From IMG/VR virus record IMGVR_UViG_3300029288_000097, positions 49,977 through 113,976 of that record: 64,000 nt of DNA, one strand, 5' to 3'. The position numbers were made by a program, and so were the translations under genes. Source of the stretch: a virus (taxonomy: Duplodnaviria; Caudoviricetes). Each line of letters begins with the position of its first letter. Positions within the stretch are counted from its first letter, which is position 1. This document shows, one piece after another, positions 57,513-64,000 of the stretch. The notes under the pieces were generated by a model. That model did no database searches and was not told the origin of the DNA. It saw only the letters and a list, made by a program, of their open reading frames with translations.

Positions 57513-58096
57513 TACACAAACTCGGTATAACCATCGGCGAAGAGGAACACGTCCTCACACATGAGCATTTGCTCAACATGATGGGTGAAGCATATGAATG
57601 GATGGTTGCCAACATCAATACTTACGGCGAGTGGACGATGTACTTTGGATGGAATCCCGTGAAATCCGAGTTCACTGTTTACTCAGCTCTACCGAAGGGT
57701 TCATCCATAGAGTCTCTTGTAGCCATAACCACAGACTTGAAGGCTCCGATCCGCTGGGCCGGGACCATATTCAACGAGCTATGGGATCGTGAGTTTCCAC
57801 TGCACGTCAAAATGAAGTCGCTGCAGGCACAGTCTCAGACCTGTGGAGAACTGCTCGAATGGCTGCACGACACCAAGGGCATTTTGTTTGCCAAGTATCA
57901 TGAGCATACAGATGACTGCTATGACGAAGAAATATGTCCACCACTCTTCAAAGACTCCCGGCCACCATACTGCGGCATGTCCGATCAGATGGTATACCCG
58001 ATCAACACACAGGTGACCGACTTGCTGCACGAGTTCTTCGGCATTGACCGGAAGGCTTTTGATCGTGAGAAGCAGAGAATGTTGGACACACTATGA
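57509..58096 (+). CDS. hypothetical protein
   Basis: ATGA coupling; SQTCGELLEWL and LLHEFFGID..AFDREK motifs. Confidence 0.7.
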   Translation: MIHKLGITIGEEEHVLTHEHLLNMMGEAYEWMVANINTYGEWTMYFGWNPVKSEFTVYSALPKGSSIESLVAITTDLKAPIRWAGTIFNELWDREFPLHVKMKSLQAQSQTCGELLEWLHDTKGILFAKYHEHTDDCYDEEICPPLFKDSRPPYCGMSDQMVYPINTQVTDLLHEFFGIDRKAFDREKQRMLDTL

Positions 58097-58770
58097 TAAC
58101 ATTCAAGGCCAATATGGTAGCTATAGAGCTGACACGTAGGTGTAACATGGCATGTGGGCACTGTATGCGAGGTGATCCACAACCTATCGACCTTGACCCG
58201 GCATATCTTGGGCCGTTCTTTCGACAGATCGACTTCATAGATACATTGGTTTTGTCAGGTGGAGAACCATCACTGGTGCCGGAGATCATAACAGCTGTTA
58301 AGCAGGCACTTAACGATGCTTGCACCAAAGTCTATTCGCTTGAGATTGTAACGAATGGAAAGGTTGTATCTGTTCCGTTCATCAATGCACTTGCAACGTT
58401 GGATATAGCCTCCACTTATAATCTTGCCTATGGTGGGATATACCATGAAGAAGTTCCGAAAGTAAACATAAAAAGACTGAAGAACAATCTTTGCCCGAAG
58501 TGGACTGTGCATCCACAGGGCATTCATGGGAAGTTTTTAAGTAAGCAGGGTCGATCTAAGGAAGGCACGGAGCCGGACTTATATAGTCCATTTCTGATCT
58601 CGACATTACACTCGACCTATGTCACTGGACGACCAGTGTACCTGAATGCTGAGGGTTTTATAGTCCCGCATTGTGACTTATCATATGAGAACCAGGCCAA
58701 GCATATAATGTGCCGGGCTGATGAATCCATATTTGATGCTGTGGTGGCATTTAATACGAGGGTAGAGTAA
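58093..58770 (+). CDS. radical SAM protein
   Basis: IELTRRCNMACGHC (CxxxCxxC), SGGEPSL, VTNG. Confidence 0.85.
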   Translation: MITFKANMVAIELTRRCNMACGHCMRGDPQPIDLDPAYLGPFFRQIDFIDTLVLSGGEPSLVPEIITAVKQALNDACTKVYSLEIVTNGKVVSVPFINALATLDIASTYNLAYGGIYHEEVPKVNIKRLKNNLCPKWTVHPQGIHGKFLSKQGRSKEGTEPDLYSPFLISTLHSTYVTGRPVYLNAEGFIVPHCDLSYENQAKHIMCRADESIFDAVVAFNTRVE

Positions 58771-58792
58771 GATTGAAAGGAGCCATACCAGA

Positions 58793-59500
58793 ATGACAAC
58801 ATGTGAGTGCTGTGACAGCACACCGGAGTATTATATCCACTATGTTATTAAGCACGGGAGCTTTGAGGGTGGTGAAAAGAGATTCGTCAAACTCTCTTGT
58901 GCTGCACATTTGACCGAGGTGATAGCTTCGGCAGCGAATATGCAGGGTAAGCCCGCAGTCATAGTCGAAAGTATCGCCGGACGCGAGGAATGGAAGACAA
59001 GAGTATTTGCTCAACACTACGGTGGTAAGCCATCCTCGCTTAAACAGCTTGTTGTAGAAGATATAAACCCTGATCCAGAGACGATCAAGCCTGTCTTGAT
59101 TGTACGTTCAAAATGGGGTAGAATGTTCCATCTGCACACGGGCTTACAGCTTCGGTGGTGCAAGGAACGTGGGCCGGATGGTCGATCAACAGGCAAGCCG
59201 AGTAAGCACAGATTTGAGTTCGGGCAGTTTTTGCTTTCATTCAACAAGAACCGTGACCGTATGGAAACTTATGCTCGGGAGATCACAGTTGAGCAATCGC
59301 TGGAGTTACAACAATTGGATGCTGAGGCCGAAGTCTGTTACAAGCATACCAATATGCTCTGTAAGAAGCGCAACGATCTTCTTGCCACATGTTTCGAGAC
59401 CGGGCGACCGGTGCAAATGAATGAAATACTAACGCTATTGAAAGGAGAGATGGATGGACGAGATAATCACCAGGGAACAGGCGATTCAGGAGATCAGTGA
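58793..59500 (+). CDS. hypothetical protein
   Basis: AAGGAG RBS, 235 aa. Confidence 0.6.
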   Translation: MTTCECCDSTPEYYIHYVIKHGSFEGGEKRFVKLSCAAHLTEVIASAANMQGKPAVIVESIAGREEWKTRVFAQHYGGKPSSLKQLVVEDINPDPETIKPVLIVRSKWGRMFHLHTGLQLRWCKERGPDGRSTGKPSKHRFEFGQFLLSFNKNRDRMETYAREITVEQSLELQQLDAEAEVCYKHTNMLCKKRNDLLATCFETGRPVQMNEILTLLKGEMDGRDNHQGTGDSGDQ

Positions 59501-59714
59501 TAAGTTGGGCCGGACGCTTGATGAGGCCAAGGCTGTTTACGAGAAAGTCTATGACCTCATTGAAGCTACTCTCAAGGGCTCTGCTACAGTAATGGGCGAG
59601 CATGCGAAGATCGCTGCAGTTGTTTCGACAATGCAGATGAATGAGCTTCCGACCTTCATCTTCACGAAGACCTGTGCTCACTACAAGGCGTATTTCCTTG
59701 AGGTGCAGCTGTGA
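59454..59714 (+). CDS. hypothetical protein
   Basis: AAGGAG RBS. Confidence 0.6.
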   Translation: MDEIITREQAIQEISDKLGRTLDEAKAVYEKVYDLIEATLKGSATVMGEHAKIAAVVSTMQMNELPTFIFTKTCAHYKAYFLEVQL

Positions 59715-59902
59715 GGCGTGAAATGGAAAATCCTTATGCTGACATCCGAGTAGTCACCCAAAACATTCTTATGGAGCTTCAGGCCGTGAAGAATCGGAAT
59801 CGTGGGTGCCTGGACGAGGAGATGCGGACTGCTACAAAAGCCGTGCAAGCACTTTCTCGGGCCGCTGCTGATGCAGTGATACAAGGAGCACAGAACAAAT
59901 GA
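59711..59902 (+). CDS. hypothetical protein
   Basis: GTGA coupling; GAGG RBS. Confidence 0.45.
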   Translation: MRREMENPYADIRVVTQNILMELQAVKNRNRGCLDEEMRTATKAVQALSRAAADAVIQGAQNK

Positions 59903-60078
59903 GTAACGGTATCAAAAATCGTGGTTTTGCCAGTATGACTGAGGAACGACGAAAAGAGATTGCCCGGAATGGTGGTCGTGCTGTCCAGGCAAGAGGCACT
60001 GGGCACAGATGGGATAGTGATAAAGCTTCGGCTGCTGGCAAGAAGGGCCGGGCGAAGCAGTTGGAGACGGACAAGTGA
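59899..60078 (+). CDS. KGG-motif stress-induced protein (YciG/YmdF-like; not in the ORF track)
   Basis: MSNGIKNRGFASMTEERRKEIARNGGRAVQARGTGHRWDSDKASAAGKKG; AAGGAG RBS. Confidence 0.8.
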   Translation: MSNGIKNRGFASMTEERRKEIARNGGRAVQARGTGHRWDSDKASAAGKKGRAKQLETDK

Positions 60079-60332
60079 TGCAGTGTGATAGATGCCCTGC
60101 TCAATTCCAGGAGGGATATTATGAGCTTCCTCTTGACTTTGGAGAAGGTGTCAAGATAACTGTTAAGCAATTGCTCAACTTCAATATATGCCCACAGTGC
60201 TTTGCCTCTGATCTTCAGGATTGCATTGACAATGGTGATCCAAAGATACGTGACCAGATGCGTAAAGAACTGCGAGAAGGTATACTACCTAATAAGGTCT
60301 CTATCGGGTTTCATTATGAAGCTGGGAGATAA
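60078..60332 (+). CDS. CxxC-pair protein
   Basis: CDRC ... CPQC. Confidence 0.55.
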   Translation: MQCDRCPAQFQEGYYELPLDFGEGVKITVKQLLNFNICPQCFASDLQDCIDNGDPKIRDQMRKELREGILPNKVSIGFHYEAGR

Positions 60333-60507
60333 AGTCATCATACAGAAAAGAGTCTTGGATGACCTTAATAAGTGGCACGAGCCGGGGGAGGAGGCCACGG
60401 TTAAAGTGCATGCGGCAAGCAACGTGCAGGTTGAGTTTGCCGGATGTGTCTTTAACCGTGGCCGGGCTGTTTTAGACGTAAAATACGTGGAGGTGAAAGT
60501 TGGTTAA
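60316..60507 (+). CDS. small SH3/KOW-like hypothetical protein
   Basis: MKLGDKVII.. start; fills the gap. Confidence 0.45.
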   Translation: MKLGDKVIIQKRVLDDLNKWHEPGEEATVKVHAASNVQVEFAGCVFNRGRAVLDVKYVEVKVG

Positions 60508-60877
60508 ACAAACAAGTAGAGGGTTCAACTACATTGAGTTCACTGATAAAGCAGGGACACAATGCAACTTGCAGGAATCCAGCTCCGCTGAGGAGCCATC
60601 TATATGGCTTGGTGCCGAGAACATCGGGCTTAAAGAGTTCGTAGCATTTAGGGCACCATCGGCTTGGGAAGATAGACCTGAGTTCGATGAGTTTGATGAG
60701 AAGCATCACTTTGTGGCGAATAACCGCATGCATTTGAATCAGGAACAGGTCAAGGCTCTGTTGCCTTACCTACAGCGTTTCGTTGAGACAGGAGCGGTCT
60801 GTGAAGAAGGAAGTGAAGAAGATAACACCCCAGGACCGGACAATGCCGGTGAGTCCGTTTGTGGTTCCGGTTATTGA
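60500..60877 (+). CDS. conserved-looking phage hypothetical protein
   Basis: RGF.YIEF.D......LQESSSAEEPSIWLG, RMHLNQEQVKALLP.LQRFVETG; GGAGG RBS. Confidence 0.7.
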   Translation: MVKQTSRGFNYIEFTDKAGTQCNLQESSSAEEPSIWLGAENIGLKEFVAFRAPSAWEDRPEFDEFDEKHHFVANNRMHLNQEQVKALLPYLQRFVETGAVCEEGSEEDNTPGPDNAGESVCGSGY

Positions 60878-61127
60878 TTGGGGTAGTTTTCCACGGTCAG
60901 ATGTTCTTAAATACATAGCCTGCCACGGTCAATCACGTGTAAGGGTCGTATGCTGTGAGTGTCAATGCGAGCAGGACTTTTACCTGTGGTCTATGGCCGG
61001 GCATGGAGTAGGAAAGTGCAAGGGCTGTGGTGTAGCGATCTCATATCATGGGTATCATACGGTGCCTGCTGACCTCTATAATGAGGTTCACAAAGATCGC
61101 AAGAAAAAAATCACTAAAACCACTTGA
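60843..61127 (+). CDS. zinc-finger protein
   Basis: CCEC ... CKGC. Confidence 0.5.
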   Translation: MPVSPFVVPVIDWGSFPRSDVLKYIACHGQSRVRVVCCECQCEQDFYLWSMAGHGVGKCKGCGVAISYHGYHTVPADLYNEVHKDRKKKITKTT

Positions 61128-61152
61128 CACGGTAGTGATATGGTGTTATGAT
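61124..61152 (+). promoter_or_regulatory. strong sigma70-type promoter of the Y RNA/Ro60 operon
   Basis: TTGACA-17-TATGAT; predicted +1 coincides with the first RNA stem (about 61158). Confidence 0.8.
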
Positions 61153-61157
61153 ATGTT

Positions 61158-61291
61158 TGGTGGTGACCACGAGACGGTTACTTCGCTTTGGGAGCGCGTG
61201 GTCGCAGGTTCGAGTCCTGTTGGGGTCCACATGGACCCTATAGCTCAGTTGGTAGAGCGCGTAAACTTTCCGTCTCACCTTTATCCCACCA
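61158..61291 (+). ncRNA. YrlA-like Y RNA containing a circularly permuted tRNA-Pro(UGG)-like domain
   Basis: Outer stem TGGTGG/CCACCA, inner GAGACGG/CCGTCTC; anticodon arm CGC-TTTGGGA-GCG, T arm GCAGG-TTCGAGT-CCTGT, closed acceptor TGGGGTCC-acat-GGACCCTA, D arm GCTC-AGTTGGTA-GAGC; upstream of Ro60. Confidence 0.8.
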
Positions 61292-61304
61292 TTTATGTAA
61301 TTTT

Positions 61305-61418
61305 TGCCGGTGACCAGAAGAGGGTTACTTCGTCCAATTGGTAGGACATCAGTCTACTAAACTGAATGTTGCAGGTTCAAGTCCTGTAGTGTTATTCCCT
61401 CTTCAGCTTTTCCCGGCA
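61305..61418 (+). ncRNA. Y-RNA-like RNA with D, anticodon (ACT) and T arms; acceptor stem replaced by the scaffold stem
   Basis: TGCCGG/CCGGCA, GAAGAGGG/CCCTCTTC; GTCC-AATTGGTA-GGAC; TCAGT-CTACTAA-ACTGA; GCAGG-TTCAAGT-CCTGT. Confidence 0.75.
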
Positions 61419-61423
61419 TTATT

Positions 61424-61489
61424 TTTGCTGATGACCAGTGCAGAGCTACTTCGTGCATTTGAATACTCTGTTCAATTTAACTCAGCAAA
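61424..61489 (+). ncRNA. minimal Y-RNA-like module abutting the Ro60 RBS
   Basis: TTTGCTGA/TCAGCAAA and CAGAG/CTCTG stems with the same TGACCA and TACTTCG motifs as the two preceding RNAs. Confidence 0.6.
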
Positions 61490-61502
61490 GGATAGGAGAA
61501 AA

Positions 61503-62924
61503 ATGGCTAAGTTCAACACTGCACCTGTCGATAGGAGCAAAACCATCAACCGAGCTGGCGGTCCGGCTTATGCGAAGTCTACTAAGCTGGAACTTGTCAG
61601 CTTTTTGCTGACCTCATTTGTCAAGGATCAGTTCTACCGATCTGCGGATCAGGGATTGAAAGCCTTGACCAATCTGGTTGCAGACAATCCTCTGTTCGCA
61701 GCGAAGGCAGCGATCTATGCCCGGACTCAGTTCGGTATGCGTAGTGTATCGCATGCAGTTGCAGTCGATCTGATGGAGTTTGCAAAAGGCCATGCGTGGG
61801 CAAAGCGATTCTATGATCGCGTGATCTTTCGACCTGATGATATGACTGAGATTCGATCTCTGTATCAGACCAGGACCAAGAAGAATGGTTTGCCTCACGC
61901 AGTCAGCAAGGGCTTTGCTGCGGCCTTGACCAGGTTCGACGCTTATCAGCTTGGTAAGTATCGAGGTGAGGGCAAGGGCGTGTCTCTTGTAGACATCGTG
62001 AACTATGTTCACCCTCAGCATTCGGAAGCACTGCAGGCTCTTGTAAAAGATGAACTGCGGGCGACTGGCACCTGGGAGTCCAAGTTGACTCAGGCTGGGC
62101 AGCAGGGTAGTGATGAAGAGGAAGTCAAATCGCTCAAGCGTGATGCGTGGGCCGAGCTGATCTCTTCAAAGAAGTTGGGCTACTTTGCATTGCTGAGGAA
62201 CTTGCGAAACATCATCGAGCAGGCACCGGAGTGTGTAGACGCTGCATGTGCTATGCTTGTTGATGAGAAGCTGATTCGGAAGTCATTGGTTATGCCGTTC
62301 AGGTATCAGACTGCAGCTGATGAGATCAGGAAGTTGGGTGGTTCCAATACCCGTCCGGTTCTTAAGGCTCTGAATGAGGCCGTGGATAAGTCTGTAGCCA
62401 ATGTTCCGAGGTTTGATGGTCGAACTTTGATAGCGTTGGATGGAAGCGGATCGATGAGTGACGTTCTTGCAATCGCTACTCTGTTCGCCGCTGTGCTCTA
62501 TAAGTCTCAGGATGCAGACTGTATAATCTACAGTGATTCTGCGGAACAACATAGCTACACTGTCGAGGATTCGACTCTGACTATCGCTTCTCAGATGAGC
62601 AAGGACTGTCCTATGAGCAGCACTGATTTCAGTGCAGTATTCAGACTGATGACTGAGCCCTATGATCGGGTTATCTTTTTGTCTGACATGCAGTCCTGGG
62701 TAAATAGCCGGGGCATTCCGACTTACTTTAACAGGTATGTCGAGAAGATCGGTAAGAGACCGAAGCTATACTCTTGGGATTTGAGCGGGTATGGCACTCT
62801 GGAGTTCCCGGAGCGTGATGTTTACGCTCTGTCCGGCTTCTCAGAGAAGGTTTTTGATCTGATGAAGCTGCTCGAAACCGATAGAAATGCTATGGTGCAC
62901 GCTATTGAGGAAATAGAGCTGTGA
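61503..62924 (+). CDS. Ro60/Rsr-like TROVE-domain RNA-binding protein with C-terminal vWA domain
   Basis: NRAGGPAY, DQFY, YARTQFGMRS, FDAYQLGKY, TWE..L, MIDAS-like DGSGSM, ALLRNLRN, FLSDMQ, GFSEKVF; AGGAG RBS before ATG 61503. Confidence 0.92.
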   Translation: MAKFNTAPVDRSKTINRAGGPAYAKSTKLELVSFLLTSFVKDQFYRSADQGLKALTNLVADNPLFAAKAAIYARTQFGMRSVSHAVAVDLMEFAKGHAWAKRFYDRVIFRPDDMTEIRSLYQTRTKKNGLPHAVSKGFAAALTRFDAYQLGKYRGEGKGVSLVDIVNYVHPQHSEALQALVKDELRATGTWESKLTQAGQQGSDEEEVKSLKRDAWAELISSKKLGYFALLRNLRNIIEQAPECVDAACAMLVDEKLIRKSLVMPFRYQTAADEIRKLGGSNTRPVLKALNEAVDKSVANVPRFDGRTLIALDGSGSMSDVLAIATLFAAVLYKSQDADCIIYSDSAEQHSYTVEDSTLTIASQMSKDCPMSSTDFSAVFRLMTEPYDRVIFLSDMQSWVNSRGIPTYFNRYVEKIGKRPKLYSWDLSGYGTLEFPERDVYALSGFSEKVFDLMKLLETDRNAMVHAIEEIEL

Positions 62925-63091
62925 GCAACCATAAAAACAACAAGGCCGTCGAGGAAGACACACGCTTGACGGCCTATGTTCCACCCCAAGACTACCGTAA
63001 ACTCCGCATAAGCCTAATCAAGCACGGCATGAGTGTATCTGAGTGGGCACGACAGATGATCCACAGATGGTTTCAAGAGCACGATGAATAA
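62921..63091 (+). CDS. 56-aa ribbon-helix-helix-like protein (not in the ORF track)
   Basis: RLTAYV-PPQDYRKLRISLIKHG-MSVSEWARQMIHRW; GTGA overlap with the Ro60 stop; GAGG RBS. Confidence 0.55.
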   Translation: MSNHKNNKAVEEDTRLTAYVPPQDYRKLRISLIKHGMSVSEWARQMIHRWFQEHDE

Positions 63092-63137
63092 CTGGTATTT
63101 TTGCCAGTTGTTTTTTGCCTCTAGGCTGAGCTATACT
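63092..63137 (+). promoter_or_regulatory. box plus promoter
   Basis: CTGGTATTTTTGCCAG (63092-63107), 24 bp, TATACT (63132-63137). Confidence 0.7.
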
Positions 63138-63170
63138 ATAGTTGATAGATCAATCTAATGGTGAGGGATA

Positions 63171-63542
63171 ATGAACAACACTGTGCGTAAAATGCAAGAA
63201 ATCATATTCCGGGGTAACGTATCAAACGCTGCAGCTATAGCGATCAGACAGGCTCTTTTACAACTGATAGAGCTTAAAGCATGCACTGAGGAAGAGTTCA
63301 TATCTCTTATTGATCTCGACCAGCAGAATGATTGGTGTAAGATCGCAGCTGACATAGCAGAAAAGGTTGAACCACATATACGCTCCGGTAGGTTACACCC
63401 GAATACCATAAAGCCCTGGCAGCTGTGCAAGAATTATCGAGATACGTTTGCACAGATTGTCCACATACGGGCGTGGAGATCGGCAAATGCGGCTATTAAC
63501 TCGATCATTAAAGCCATAACTGTCAGGTTTGAACATGTATAG
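63171..63542 (+). CDS. hypothetical protein
   Basis: GAGGG RBS; downstream of the boxed promoter. Confidence 0.6.
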   Translation: MNNTVRKMQEIIFRGNVSNAAAIAIRQALLQLIELKACTEEEFISLIDLDQQNDWCKIAADIAEKVEPHIRSGRLHPNTIKPWQLCKNYRDTFAQIVHIRAWRSANAAINSIIKAITVRFEHV

Positions 63543-63999
63543 GACAGATGATATTGTTTCTTTTGAAGATGATTATATAACCTATCTTCAAGGTCAAGTG
63601 GAGAAGCATGGCTCTATCGGTGGCACAGGGCTCAGCCCAATTGTAAATGCTAAGCATACAGCCAAGTTGGGGCCATACAAAGCTTTAGAGGATAAGTATT
63701 ATCCTGGGCAGAGACCACAGCCTGAGCCGGTTTGTATAAATATTTACCCTGAGACTCTGGGTATATTTATGCCAAAGCCTGAACCTAATCCTGAGCATAT
63801 GAAGTTGCTTGGTAATCTAGTGCCTCCAGACGGTAGTCGAACAATTAGATTGCCGGAGGATGCGGATACAGGGGCAGGGCATGCTTACCCGGCAGGAACT
63901 ATATGCACTGTTGTTTGGGAAAATCAAACCAAGATGCTTGTGAGACCTGATGATATGTTTCCTCTCAGGTTTATAGCTTTAGATAAGAAGGACATTTGA
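63535..63999 (+). CDS. hypothetical protein
   Basis: ORF overlapping the previous stop. Confidence 0.55.
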   Translation: MYRTDDIVSFEDDYITYLQGQVEKHGSIGGTGLSPIVNAKHTAKLGPYKALEDKYYPGQRPQPEPVCINIYPETLGIFMPKPEPNPEHMKLLGNLVPPDGSRTIRLPEDADTGAGHAYPAGTICTVVWENQTKMLVRPDDMFPLRFIALDKKDI

Positions 64000-64000
64000 A

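Noticed and set aside
61184-61390. Two ordinary tRNA genes (Pro, Ser)
   Set aside because: The first has its arms in permuted order and the second lacks a 7-bp acceptor stem and CCA. Both sit within a shared non-tRNA scaffold next to Ro60.
61048-61502. ORF 61048-61344 and the 55-aa N-terminal extension of Ro60 from 61338
   Set aside because: They overlap the structured RNAs; the AGGAG RBS and family-like N-terminus indicate ATG 61503.
1-64000. Stop-codon reassignment
   Set aside because: Long genes are intact in code 11, and TAG, TGA and TAA all end genes directly before the next RBS or start.

Overview
This window is part of a large tailed dsDNA phage genome in the standard genetic code; the host may be Armatimonadota-like (weak inference from two secreted proteins). 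0.5-38 kb is a virion module: a single DUF6582 / gp21-type protease / scaffold / gp23-type capsid polyprotein, neck genes, a non-contractile tail (tube, -1 frameshifted chaperone, 1594-aa tape measure), two GT9 glycosyltransferases and paralogous tail-tip proteins. 38-45 kb holds lysis candidates, an ATP-dependent DNA ligase, a SLOG protein, a NadR-like kinase, GalE and an RfaE-like nucleotidyltransferase. The most unusual parts are: (1) 45.3-55.0 kb, an array of about 12 self-contained minus-strand expression cassettes separated at about 0.9 kb intervals by the 16-bp palindrome TGTACCAGCTGGTACA. Each cassette has a CTGGTA-N4-TACCAG box fixed 22-24 bp upstream of its -10 and usually a CTTGGAGG RBS; the same box geometry recurs at four distant promoters. 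(2) 54.97-55.2 kb, a symmetric 6+6 inverted iteron-like repeat at the point where transcription diverges. (3) 61.15-61.5 kb, three tandem Y-RNA-like modules before a Ro60/TROVE gene; they share one scaffold but carry different cargo: a circularly permuted tRNA-Pro(UGG), an acceptor-less tRNA body, and none. All protein family calls are from motif recognition, not database searches.
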